DNA of 64,000 nucleotides. Origin: Eledone cirrhosa. Lineage: Eukaryota. Of the stretch, positions 14,779 through 29,203 are shown in pieces. The stretch spans positions 267,778,001 through 267,842,000 of the forward strand of contig OZ024743.1 of assembly GCA_964016885.1 (NCBI GenBank). Reading direction: 5' to 3'. A model generated the notes under the pieces. The model was not told the origin of the DNA. It ran no database searches and saw only the letters and a program-made list of their open reading frames with translations. Position 1 is the stretch's first letter; the number at the start of each line of letters is the position of its first letter. The translations under genes and the position numbers were made by a program.

Positions 14779-16225
14779 CCCAGATTGTACCACTTGGATC
14801 TATTATGATATCACATTATCAACATCATTATAATTATAATTATAATTGTTTGTCATCATCTATCAAAGAACAACATTAAACCTCTTATATTAACATTCTT
14901 ATTTTATATATCTCTATTTTCCACTTTATATCTTTATATTTCTTTCCCTAAATTTATTTCGTTTCTGTCATTTTATTTTATCATATATAACTTAAAACTA
15001 ATTAATTTATTTATTTATTAAAATAACCAATACACACATACATATATTTAACATTATCTTATTTTCACCTTATTATCTCTCTATATATTTCAACAATTCT
15101 CCAAAACAATCCTTAATAATTTTAATGTTTAAATATTTTTCGCACATTTTTACTCTTTTTACTCCTTTTACGTAATTATTTTTATTCTTCATTTTCACAA
15201 TTTATACCATATTATATCACATTAGATATAACTTCTTTCTTTCTTTCTTTATTTATTTATTTATCAATTTTTATATATTTTTTAATATATTTTTATATAT
15301 ATTTTTCATATATCTACATTTATTTTTATTTACATTTATTCATGTATTAACGTTTATTCATTTATTTGTCCCTCTATTCTTCTTTCTATCCTACGTTATT
15401 TCTACTTATGTTTGTCTCTCCTCTAACTACCAACATCTTCTATATATCTTCCTCTCTTTATATTTCTATCTATATTCATTTCTCCTTTCTCTTCTTCTTT
15501 CTCTTTTTCTTTTTCTTTTTCTTTTTCCTTCTTCTACTTTCTCCTCCCTTTCCTTTCTTTCTTTACTATATATATATCTCCATTTCTTCCCCCTTTTCTC
15601 TCTATATCTTTATTATTAATATTATTATTGATGATGTAATTTGAATTTGTAAATTTGCCGGTTACATATATAGTTTTTTAACAGTTTCCGAAGATCTAAT
15701 AAAGTTAACATCGTATTTAAAATTGAGTGGTACCGCTTTTAGTATTGTTCAGCAATTTTTAGACAACTCTATCAGTGAAACAAGTGTTAGACTAAAAATA
15801 AATCCCCTTTTTTTACTGTTGACCATGTTATTCTCCACTTTTTCAATTTTACATATATATATATATATATATAATATATTCGAACATAATGCATGTGACA
15901 TAATCTGTTGGCAATTCATATGATTTCCTATTATTCAGTTTCCATGCAGGAATGGAGTTCAAGGGTTGCACTGGTCCTATAATAGTGTGGTCATCGTTGA
16001 TGTTCCTTTAATCACGCTGCGTCAATTCGACATGTGTATATATGACTAGAAATAAAGAAAGAAATTCATAGCAATGAATGCAAAACAAATGGAATAAGAT
16101 AGAATAAACAATTATATATATATATAAAAACATCCATAATAGTGTATTATTATCGAACATTACCCATAACGTGCTATCAAATAGAGACATCATTAATGTG
16201 CCTTATTCTCTATCTACTATACACA

Positions 16226-16287
<62 letters not shown>

Positions 16288-16292
<5 letters not shown>

Positions 16293-18891
16293 CCAACAAG
16301 TGACATAGGCATGCTGATAGAAATAATCAAGCAAAAAGTGTCGGCCAAAGCTGCTCGTATAAGGCGCTTTGAAAAACGATCTAGATTCTATAAGGACAAT
16401 AATATGTTCTAAACCAACCAAAGAAACTTCTACAGAAAAATTGGTAAGTCAACAATAACTGCTAAATCAATACCACCCAAGGAGGAAGTGCAAGAATTCT
16501 GGGAAAAGATCTGGGCCGAAGAAAAAGTTCATAATATACATGCCCCATGGATAGACAGACAAATGAAAGATATAGCTTACCTTGAGGTACAAATATGGGA
16601 AAATATAACAGTTGAACAGTTTCGTTTGGCTCTAAGATAAACCAGCAAATGGAAATCCCCAGGAAAAGACAAAATACAAAATGTTTGGATAAATGCCTTC
16701 ACAGAGTCTCATGAGCTGTTAGCCCAACTTTACAATGAAATAGTTAAGGAGCCAGAAAAGATACCATCATGGCTAGTTAACGGCATTATATTCCTGCTTC
16801 CGAAGAATGATGAGACAAACAATCCCAAAAATTACAGACCGATAACTTGCTTGACCACAATGTATAAAATGTTAACATCAGTCCTAACTGAATATACATA
16901 TGACCACCTGATAACAAATGATCTATTTCCCATTGAGCAGAAGGGTGTATAGAGGCTCATATAGCTGTAAGGATCAGCTTTTGGTTAACAAAATGATACT
17001 GGAAGATTGTCATAATAGACACAAAAATCTATCAATTGCTTGGATAGATTATAAAAAAGCATTCGATAGTTTGCCACACAGTTAGATTGAAAAATGTTTA
17101 GAGATTTTCAAAATATCCCCCGTTGTCAGGAGGTTTTTGTCATTCAGTATGAAGACATGGAAAACGACACTCCTTTTGAATAGTGAAAAGAAATCACTGG
17201 AAGCTGTAGAAGTTAATATTAATTGTGGAATTTTTCAGGGTGACTCTTTATCACCGCTTTTATTCTGCATCGCACTTATACCATTAAGTAAAATGCTCAA
17301 TGAAACAAAACATGGATATAAAGTCTATGACAAAACCATTAATCACTTGTTCTACATGGATGACCTGAAACTATTTGCAAAAAATGATGAACAATTGCAA
17401 GGGCTATTACCACTGTGGTGCAGTTCAGTGATGACATTAAAATGGAGTTTGGACTAGATAAATGCGCCAAAGCTACGTTCACCAGAGGAAAGCTGCTGAA
17501 AAGTTCAGACATTAATCTTGATCGGCGGAATGTGATAAGAGAACTTGATCAAGAGGAAACTTACAAATATCTAGGTGTTTGTGAAGGAGACGGAATCAAG
17601 CACTCGACAATGAGGGAAAGGATAAAGAAGGAATGTTACCACAGAGTAAGAGTAATCTTAAGAACGGAATTGAATGCAAGGAATAGGATCGATGCCATAA
17701 ACACGCTTGCCATACCAGTTGTAACCTGCAGTTACAATGTCAAGCACAGAGATCCGTAGGCTCGATACAAAAATTCGAAAATTCTTAACTATACACAGAA
17801 TGCATCACCCTAAGGTAGATACAAATAGAATATGTCTCCCTAGGAAAGAAGGAGGACGCGGGTTAATCCAGATAGACATTGCGTTGAAAACTGCAACAAT
17901 GGGATTATCTACATATCTAAGGGAATCACATGATTGGATGATCAAACTCGTTTTGAAACACGAAAGCATCAAAAGATCATACTCCATTACAAAGGATGCA
18001 CAAAGATACAGTAATGGACTATACATTTCAGAAGTCCCATTTACTGCTGAAATGGAAAACACAGAAAAAGCAAAGCAGGTAAAAGTAACTGCAAAGAAAG
18101 AACTGCTACAGAAACTGGCTAAGAAATGGCAAGAAAAGCCTCTGTATGGAAAATACCCAGAACGAGCTAACAATCCTGATGTTGACAACATTTTAACCCG
18201 TCAGTGGTTGGCATCCTCTGGACTGAAATCGGAGACTGAAGGACTGATTATATCAGCACAAGATCAGTGTCTGCCAACAAAAAATTACCAAGCCAACATA
18301 ATAAAAAATGGATGCAGCCCATTATGCCGTGTATGTAAAAAACAACCAGAGACCATTGACTATATAATTTCAATGTGCAGTCCTATAGCTCCAACCGAAT
18401 ACCTAAAGAGGCATGACAGAGCTGCACAATACATACATTGGATAATGTGTAAGCATTTTGACCTGCCCCATCAAAAGAATTGGTGGGAGCATCAACCACC
18501 TCCCATCCTTGAAAAAGATCACATCTCAATCTTGTGGAACTTTAGCATCCAAACCGACCGAAACATAGATGCAAATAGACCTGATATAATATTGAAGGAC
18601 TTTAAAAAGAGGGTATGCCTGCTAATTGATATGTCCGTTCCAATAGACAAGAATGTATCTATAAAAACATTTGAAAAATTGAGCAAGTATAAGGACCTGG
18701 AGATAGAAATTGGAAAAATGTGGAAATTGAGAACTAAAACAATACCAGTGGTTGTAGGCGCTCTAGGAATGATACCTAAGGGGTCTAATGATTACTTATC
18801 GCAAATCCCAGGAAACCCGCGCATAGGAGAAATACAAAAGATAGTACTAATGGGAACTGCCCATATACTAAGGAATATTCTGTCAATATAA
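16288..18891 (+). pseudogene. Disrupted RT/RLE ORF of the Dong-like element
   Basis: In-frame stops and frameshifts near 16950, 17420 and 17745; the final 384 codons are intact. Confidence 0.88.
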
Positions 18892-19034
18892 GTACATCAC
18901 AAGTCTAAACGCTAAAGATGCATGTATGAGTATGTATGTTCTTTCTTGAACATGGCGGACCTTGTTGTCTCTTGAGGTCACTGGTTGTGACTTGGTAATA
19001 ACTCGTATGAACATAAAGCAAGATAAATGCAGCT

Positions 19035-19035
<1 letters not shown>
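16288..19035 (+). mobile_element. R4/Dong-clade non-LTR retrotransposon, 5'-truncated, inserted in (TAA)n
   Basis: RT motifs NYRPITCL, WIDYKKAFDS, GIFQGDSLSPLLF, HLFYMDDLKLF and YKYLG. C-terminal CRVC...ET..IISMC, RHD, NRPDII, LIDMSVP and KLSKY form the RLE nuclease. The 3' UTR is about 145 bp, and (TAA)n lies on both sides. Confidence 0.9.
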
Positions 19036-19089
<54 letters not shown>

Positions 19090-19497
19090 CACCCACAACA
19101 ACAACAACAATAATAATAATAATTGTGATGATAATAATCATCACAGCAACAACAATATGAAATAATACATAAAATATTATTCGTTCTAGATATCAACGTG
19201 TTAGTGATATATCTCACCTGTTTATGTTTTCTTGTTAATATTACTATTAATATTATATTTCCTTTTACCAAGGCAAACCTCCATTTCGTCAGTGCACGTT
19301 TACTATGTAAATAAAAGTCCATATGTTATGTTCTATATATATATTTGTTGGTCTTGAGATATTTTAAAAATATGTTTAAATTTACATTGCATTTATTGTA
19401 TGAGAAAAAAAAAACTATTTCATTTTTCGTTAAATATATGTATATATATATATATATAGATATACAAAACATACACCCATACACATCTACCACCTAT

Positions 19498-19548
<51 letters not shown>

Positions 19549-19611
19549 CCTACATATACACATGAACGCACACATATAAAACACACACACATCCACATCC
19601 TCCCACCTATT

Positions 19612-19651
<40 letters not shown>

Positions 19652-19699
19652 TGAACACACACATATAAAACACACCGAGATGGATGCACATCTATACAA

Positions 19700-19730
<31 letters not shown>

Positions 19731-20099
19731 ATGCTATTTTGCCATGCTTGTTTCTAACTTTCACGTTATAGATTCAGCGATGATTCTTTTACGTATTTCT
19801 TTGCATTGTTATTGTTTGTTGTTTGTGTTGCTACTGTTTTTGTTGTTGTTGTTGTTTTTTTTTTTCTATTGTGTGCGAGTAAAATATAAATCAAGCAATA
19901 AAACTGATAAAATATGTGACTAAACTGATTAACTACAGGCAATAAATCTGTAAACATCATACAAACAATTGCCGGAAAAAAAGGAGAAAAATTCCCTTAT
20001 ATACATATATGCAAACATATAAATACTAACACACTTATATAGGCACACCATACACATCAGCCCTCCCCTAGACACCCATATACATATATATATATGTAT

Positions 20100-20564
<465 letters not shown>

Positions 20565-21479
20565 CATTCGTAATAATTTATATACATACAATTATATATG
20601 TGTACATGCATAAATACATTCATACATAGTGTACAATATAAAAAAAAATAATCGGTATGATGAATTATTGAAGGAGGAAAAGCCGATATAAAAACAAATA
20701 AATGACACCACCTCTTCTACTTCAATTTACAGATCCATCAATTAGTTAAATTTTACCAATTTGGTTTCGACTGGCCGTCCTAATTGCAATTTTTCACGCT
20801 CCTCGTTTGAATTGTGACTTTCTTTACAATATTTCTTCGATTATTTTTGCTCTATATTTGATAGTAATATTTCATGTCTGTGTTCCAGATTTGATAGCCA
20901 TTTCTTATATACTTTTCATTGTCGTACATGTATTATTTCAGACTGCTCTGGAAGACGTGAGCTGGTAATATTTCTCTCTATTCGACATTTCATTATAAAT
21001 ATCTCATTGTGTTTATATGTTTAAATTCCATCGCAATACTGAAATTCTGTTTGAGACGATTGCATTGATCCTCAGACGCTATCGACGATGAGTGTTCCAG
21101 TTGTTATGATCAGCAGAAAAGTTTAATCGACAATTAACGTACAAACGCCTCGACATCACACATGCTCGGGTACCATGCAGATTGAGCGTGATCAGGTGTA
21201 CCACAAGCTTTTTCTTTGAAATACAGCCACAAGTCACTTTTACTAGCTCAATGAAGAGGAGCAACGTGAAATAAGGTGCTTTGCTGGAGGTTACAACGCG
21301 TCATTCGATGTTGAGTTCTCGGCATACTTAGTTTATATGCAATATTCCATAATACTTTACATTGTAATGTATGTTTTTTTTTTCTTCTGCTCATGAATGT
21401 CTACCTCTTATCGTTTGTTTCTCTCTGCACAATATATTGTTGGGGAAAATATCATGTATTATTATTATAATCCTGACCA

Positions 21480-21710
21480 GGGCGGTGGACTGGCAGTATC
21501 GGTAGAGAGTCGGCCGACATGCTTTGCAGTATAAAGTTACGGCCCTATACGATCTGCGTTCAAATCCCCCGAGGTTAACTTTGCCTTTCATCCTTAAGGA
21601 GTCGATAAAATAAAGTTCCAGACACGGACCGGGGTCAATTTAATCGACTTTCTCCTCCCTCACAATTGCTGGCCTTGTGCCAAAAGTCGAAACTGTTATT
21701 ATTATTATTG
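21480..21710 (+). mobile_element. SINE family A, full-length long variant
   Basis: GGGCGGTGGACTGGCAGTATCGG (A-box-like), GCGTTCAAATCC (B-box-like), and an (ATT)n tail. Confidence 0.82.
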
Positions 21711-23309
21711 TATATAAATATATATAAAATTTTTCCGCACAAGATATTGTATTATGGAGACATTTTTCGAAGATTTATTTAAATGCGCATACGTTGCGAT
21801 AGAACCCAGATTTCACTGTATGCCATGTTAACGTCTCTATTACATATATGAGCCTATATATACTTATACTATAATTTTGTTGTTAAATATTGTCTAATAT
21901 TGGTAGCTGTGACTGCTCTAGAATTTCAATTAGTGCCAATTTTACCAAGAATATTCTTTTCAGTTTCATCATCCGTTTCTCAGGAATGAAAGAACCTCAA
22001 CCATTTCCTGTTGCCAATGTTTCTATACTTGCATTAATTATATTCTATTTGGGATTTTATAACATATTAACATTTATTTGGAAATCCAATTCAATTTCAT
22101 ATTGCTATCAGTATGTTCTCTTTATGCTGAATACTTTTATTTTCACGTTTTTCCTTCTGTCGTCCAAATACAATTTCTTGAATTTCCAAATTTAATCTCG
22201 AATGAGCATCATATTGATCTTTATTGCTAACTACGTGTCAATATACTCGAATATGTGGGATACAACTTCTTTACGTATGCTTAGACATTTGTTTGAAATA
22301 GCAATTTCTGTTTGCAATTTTGACCAAAGTTATTAGATAAATGCTATTACGCTGAACATATTTTCCTTTATGGCACTAAATTAAGACAGGGCGAGATCAA
22401 TTTGAAATATATGAAAAATATACACACGTAGCCAACTTTTGTAGACAAGTGTTTTATAATCGATTACATTAAGTGAAGTGTATAACGGGTATTAAATTAT
22501 AAAACTAATTAATATGTTGGGCGAACGATGGAAACTACTCTTGATTAACGGGAAATAACAGCCAAATATCTCTCACACTATAGCCTTATACGAAAGAGAA
22601 TTGAGTCACTATTATACCTTAAGGGAAAAGATTCACATGGATGGATCCCCTTCGAACTGATCCTATATGGGAGAAGTTACAATCAATCACAGCGGGGGAG
22701 TAATTATTTCATAATTAACTACTTGACATAAAGAAGCAAAATACCATCAAACTAAAATGATTCAAACTTGGAAATCTGTGAGATGAAACTAGATATTAAG
22801 AAGAATATTCAAAGCATTCTTTATACTTGATCTGCTAGAAATAATAGATGGATCTACTTCTAATAACAACCCACTAACTTATATGAAAAAGTATTCATAG
22901 AGTAATATATCTGATATACTATATATGGTTTAGATGGTGGTTGTGGTGCTAGTGGTGTGAGTTGCCCTAGTGGTTGGCGTACACCATGGTGGTGGCGGTA
23001 GAAACAGTGATGGTGGAGACAGAAAGGTGGTGGTGCCAGAACGTAAAGGGTGGTGGTGGTGGTGGTGGGGGGCGTGTTATGCTTCCTTCAATATGTGTTA
23101 TTCAACTGTTGAATCCGAGAAAGGTGGTACTTGATATTATCGGTGATTGCTGGATGTTGGCTGGGTCTATGTCTTTGTGGTTTTTGTTAGCTAACCTGGT
23201 TGATAGTGTTGATTGTTAGTGCGGTCATATGTCTCAGGTTTCGTTGCCAAGTGAAGAGTAATGAGAGAAATAGTCGAAACCCTAATATGTGAAAAAAAAA
23301 TCCATCACA

Positions 23310-23951
23310 TGCATCAGCAGCAACAGCAATTGAAACACCGTCATCTTAAACGTCATCATCATCATTATCCTCATCACCATCATCACGAATAGAAGCAACC
23401 CTCGCATCCCCAGCATCACAATCACAAGCCGCAACAACACCACCACCCGCATCGCAATCAGCAGCAGCAACACCAACATCACCCGCACCAGTAGCATCAC
23501 AAACAGCACCGACAGCATCAACACCAACATCAGCACTGGCATCACCAGCTTTATAACCAGAACCGGCTTCACCACCCGCATAGCCAGTATTACAACCATG
23601 ACCAGCTTCGCCACTACCATCATCACCACCTACATCACCAGTATTACAACCACTACCATTACAACCGCCACCAGCATCTCCCCTACCTCCATTACCACCC
23701 GCATCACCATCATTACAACCACCACCACCACCACCACTGGCAACACTGGCATCACCAGCATCACAGTCAGGAGCAACAACATCTACATCACTAGCATGAC
23801 AAATAACACCACCACCAACACCACCACTTTCCACTATGACATCTCAAACATGTTCCATAGCAATTAAGACGGCAACAATAAATAATGAGCTTGATTCTTA
23901 ATTATGATCTTAGCAAGTAAATCAACCATAACTTCAAGACGACCTGCTCTT

Positions 23952-24028
<77 letters not shown>

Positions 24029-24085
24029 GCACCAACGCTACCACCAACACCATCACCACTACTACTACTATTACTGCTGCTGCTG

Positions 24086-24162
<77 letters not shown>
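23310..24162. repeat. Low-complexity ACC/AGC/ATC region followed by (TAC)n tracts
   Basis: Degenerate trinucleotide repeats with short internal duplications (CCAGTATTACAACC twice). Confidence 0.8.
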
Positions 24163-24163
<1 letters not shown>

Positions 24164-24864
24164 TATATTTATCGATATACTTACTAATATAGTAGCCAAA
24201 TTTCCCCCAAATTACACTTAATCTTCTCAGAAAAGCAAGTGTTGTATAATATGGTCAAGCATTTCCTGCACATAGCAAAACGATATAATGATCATGGTTA
24301 GAACCCGTATCACAGTAACTATGATCGATCAAGTTGTAGTTGTAGCTAATACTAATACTACTGCCTTTGCTATAGTCACATACGAGCCAGCGAATGAGTT
24401 TCCTCGTAGTCCTTCGACATGTTAGAAAGAACCGCAAGGTCTTCCCCATATTCATTTGGTGTCTGATATACTGTATATGAAGAAACAACTGGATAGTCCT
24501 ATTTGTAACACCCTCGATCACAGGTCTTCTTTATTACAACTGATTTTGTGCTAAACAATTATGGTTTTTTAATTAGGCACAAGGCCAACAATTTTGAGAG
24601 AGGGGAAAGTATATTACATCGACACCAGTGTGTTGCTGGTACTTTATTTTATCCACCCTGTACCATGTTGTTGCGGATAATATTGATGCAGACCCTGCAT
24701 TTAGAGGTGGCAGTTGCGGTGGTGGTGACGGTGGTGGTGTTAATGGTGGCGATGATGGTGATGTTTTGATGCTGGTGATGGTCTTGATGGTGGAGATATT
24801 GTGATGATGATGCTGACAGCGGTGGTGATCGACACAGCTTTCGTCATCATCATCATCGTCATCC

Positions 24865-24901
<37 letters not shown>

Positions 24902-25878
24902 TTGTCTGATGATCACAGGATTAAGTTCGAAAAGCTTCGTTTCAGGTGTATTGTTCCCCACTCCAATTGCTGCATCACTGCCCTGGCAAAACAGGATTTC
25001 TACAAATCAATGTGACATGATGACAATGTTTACATCAATGTTTACATCAAAACTGACCGAGCAAAGCTTTGAGTGAAGACATTCTAGCTCTGACAATAGT
25101 GTGCTATTTGTATGCTAATGATGTCCAATCTGTCTTTAATTCAAAATGATGTGTCTATTACCTTCTCTTTCTGGAAGGTCAAGTAACTGTAGAGAAGCCT
25201 GTCTAACATGGTAACTACATGGTCACACGACATGCTAGAATGAGCAGAAAATTCCTTTGAAACACTATCTTACCTTCTTAAGAAAGATTGAACAGTTGTA
25301 CAATGTTACTCTGGATATATGCGGCATAAGTGCGGCGTGCAAACTTTGCTTTTATGTCTGTCTGATCGATCAGAGCATACTCAAGCCTAATCAACAACAC
25401 CCGTGATCAATCAAAAATTTTACAACGCTTAAATCTCAATATATAATGAGAATTTTATCATGTATTATTCAGAATGACAACATTTTCAGAGCTTACATGA
25501 CTGGTAAAATAGTGGGACGAAGCAATCCTCCAAACGGAGGCCATTTATGGAGACTAGTTAAAGAGTAGACTATACTAAAGTCACCCAACGGTTAGGTGGT
25601 GCCATTAATTACTTCACCTATGTAGACTACAACAATATCTGTAATGAATGCAAACATATCGTTCGATGCTTTAACAATACAAGAGTATACTGCCCTTGAC
25701 TGCTGCATTATTGTAACAACCGTGGAAGAATAAATAGCAAAGTTGTCCACAGTAAAATGTGGGCTCAGTGCAAAATGAAGAAGAGCACACAGCGAAACAG
25801 TTTGGAGATATTGTGATTATGATGCTGGCAGCGGTGGTGATCGACACAGGTTTCGCCATCATCATCGTCGTCGTCATC

Positions 25879-25934
<56 letters not shown>

Positions 25935-25983
25935 GGTGGTGGTAGTAGTAGTAGGTAGTAGTTAGTAGTAGTAGTTAGTAGTG

Positions 25984-26031
<48 letters not shown>

Positions 26032-26569
26032 TGTCTAACTAATGCCATTAATGAAATAAAGTACCAGTCATATGTTGGATAAATATATTCGAATTCGTCA
26101 TCCCTACACAAGCTAACCTACGTTAATTAGAAATCATTGTGATGGCAGATTGGCAAAATCCCTAGAGCTTCGGAAAAATCGTCTGGCGATATATGTTTCT
26201 GCTGTTTACGCACAGATTTCAAATCCGGACAAAGTCAAATTACATCTCATCCATACTCTACCGATAAATTACATTACCAATCAAGTGCTACCTTAGATAT
26301 AATGCACTTTATCATCCCCCAAAATTCCTAGCGTCGTGTTAACAATACAAACAGTATCATTTTTGTTGTCAATTTAACTGATGGCATGGGATTTAATGGT
26401 TGGGATTTTGGTTTTTTGATTGTAAATTCCGGGAATGGAACTAGCGCTGTTTTCTTGAGAAAAATGTTTTATTTCACGTTGCACCAGCCCACAAATTGTG
26501 GAAAAACCAATTACGATGACACTGCTGTCAAACTAATTCGGTATTTATCTTTCCTTTCAACAATCGTTG

Positions 26570-26710
26570 AACGACCTGAGTTCAAATACTGCTGAGGTTA
26601 ACTTTTCTTACGCGGTCAATAAAATAAAGTATCAGTAGTGTACTGGGGTCGGTGTAATCGACTTTCCCCCAAAATGGTTGGCCTTGTGTCTAACTCAGAA
26701 ACCAATATTA
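26570..26710 (+). mobile_element. SINE family A, 3' part
   Basis: CTGAGTTCAAATAC...GAGGTTAAC...GGCCTTGTGTC. Confidence 0.7.
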
Positions 26711-27706
26711 GTGTCGTGTTGAAAGGGACTTTCATATATGGGTGACTACAGGCGTTGCACAAAACACTGTTTCCAGGCTTGTATAAAACCTATAGCCAAT
26801 CATGACAGAATGGGGTCCCTTCCTAATATTAACAGTATATATATATTAGTATGAGAATTTATATTCGTAGGAAGATATAGCTTCATCAACAGTAGATATT
26901 GAGGGGGAAAGTAACAACGCAGAAAATATTTACATTACTGCAACCATCACTGCGAACAGCATCACCAACTACCATCACCACCGTCACCCCTACCACCAAA
27001 ACCACCGCCTCCTACGTCACCAATAGAAGTACTTAGTGCAATAGAATCAGCAGTAAGACATGGCGTATATTAATGCTAATTACTTAGTGTCATGGATTAG
27101 ATAGTAGATGCTGTGAAATGAATATTAATTGATGAAAGCTCGTTAATAATAAATAGATATGATATGAGACAGACATAACAAACGTATGAATATTTACCGA
27201 GGTAATCACTCAATGCCTGCACAAATATATCAATAAATAAAATAAAACAAAACAGTAAAACACAAATAAAAAGAATAAAACAAAACAAACTATTTATTGA
27301 TTTCGACTCCTGTGTAATATAGAAGTTCGAGTTGAGAAGGCAGTGTGTGCATGTGTGTGTACATTTAAGGTGTACGTGAGTATGTTTTGTTTGTATGTGA
27401 GTATGTGTGGGTTTGTGAGTGTGCACGTGAATGTGTGTGGTTATGTATGTCAATGTGTGCATGTGTATGTGTGCATAAATATGTGTGTTTATTTGTGCAT
27501 GAATGTGTGTGTGTATGTGTGATAGCTGTTATTAAAGAGGCTCTGGTGCTGTGATTGCTTTTATTCTAACAATCTCAGTTACAATTCGGAGGAAAGTTTA
27601 AAAAGAGAGAAATGAAAACTAATGCGAAAAATATTGTTTCTGAAGCTTGCAGACATAAATCTGTATATATATATATAATCATCATCCTCATATGTATATA
27701 CACTGT

Positions 27707-27846
<140 letters not shown>

Positions 27847-27849
27847 CCA

Positions 27850-28985
27850 GCGCTACGAAATATTTTTGAGGAAACCTCGGTTATATCTATCTGGTAACAT
27901 CTAGCCTCCTCCACTGGTCCCTGGTTCTTGTAAGGTTTGTGATAGCCCACGTTCCAACGTTGCTACCTTCCGAAGATTCTTTTGTGCAATCATACCATCC
28001 CCAGCTTTTATTGTATGAGATGGAGACTTCAATATATTTTTCGAAATGGCCCCTTTAGCTAAGGCCTGTATGCGTCACTTGTTAACCTGCGCTTAGGACG
28101 ATGCGGAAAGACCCCCTTTCTTGTGTTTGGTCATATTGCACTTTTCTTTGGTGTTTATATTCGCACCTAACAATCTGGTACATTTCTCAGACCCACGAAG
28201 ATAAGGCCTTTTCAGAGTTGGTTTCATATCATATCTATACCACTGGGGTGGGAGAGTTTTATTGGGAGCTAAAGCTGGCACCGATTGCTCTATCTCGCCT
28301 CGTAGCTGATCTTAATTGATCCGGGGTTACTTATTGTTCCGGCAGATACCCGCTTATATCGCAACTAGTCAATACTGTATCGGTATCCGCCACCTCCAAC
28401 ACGTTTTCAAGCTGGGTTTGAAGTGGTATCACGACTGGCGGGTGTAAGAATAGTCGGCTGGAGTTTGTAGATAACATTGCATTAATTAACTCGTCAGTAA
28501 GTGATCTCACAATGCACTTGATATGTTTTATGCCGAATACTGCACGACAAAGACTGCGACATGCCTTCTTTCAAGAGTACCTGCGCAGTGGTCTCTACAT
28601 AAGAGCAGAGTTCCACTTAAGCTAGTGGAGAAGTTGAATTATCTCGGAGCTGAACTCACGTATGATAGACGCTTGTCACATGAGAAATATATGATATGGG
28701 AAGGTACAAAGACGGAGCACATCTTAGACACGTCTTTGAAACGGGATAACGCCGAAAGCTGTTGAAAGCATTTCGCAGGTCCAGCTTCACTCGGAGAGGA
28801 GGTGACGAATGAGACGCGTGATCTATGAAGAATCTAGTCTCATGAGAAACCGCCTCACCTATCCGAGCTGGACAATGCTTAATACTTCCCTCAGCTCGTC
28901 GATGACTGGCTTGCATGCTATCTTGACCGCAAGTCGCCGAAAGACGTTGGTAACTTCAATGGTACGTATGTCAACGTCATACTTC
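27850..28985 (-). pseudogene. CRE-clade non-LTR retrotransposon remnant (RT, possibly RLE)
   Basis: Minus strand gives DIRTIEVTNVFRRLAVK and GEAVSHETRFF...VKLDLRNAFNSFRR, resembling CRE IRPIAVG..RRL / EA.VH..R / KLD..NAFNS. A weak DGM...WNV trace lies near 27960-28000. Confidence 0.55.
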
Positions 28986-29203
28986 TTAAGTATATATATA
29001 TATATATATATGTGTGTGTATGAAAGCAGTCTTTTTCAATACAAGTCTATTTGTTACATTCAAACATTAAATGAGTTTAATCAATAGGAACCCCAATGTA
29101 AAACCTCGTTTTGTCCTTAGTATATACACGCTGCTATATGAGTGCCAATATTGGTATCTCCCTCAATAAAGCAAACATCTAACATGTATTTATCTATCTA
29201 TCT

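Larger units (their letters stand above)
12460..15850. mobile_element. 5'-truncated Penelope-like element with upstream inverted pLTR
   Basis: 12460-12730 is a diverged inverted copy of 15580-15850, and 14255-14520 is an inverted copy of 14970-15230. A degenerate hammerhead lies at 15683-15793 (AGTTT-CCGAAGA...GAAAC-AAGT-GTT-AGACT). Confidence 0.65.

Noticed and set aside
21480-21570. tRNA gene
   Set aside because: Only A/B-box-like motifs at a SINE head; no cloverleaf
23282-23867. G/D/A-rich, T-rich and V/M-rich ORFs
   Set aside because: Low-complexity trinucleotide DNA open in several frames; no domain or splice evidence
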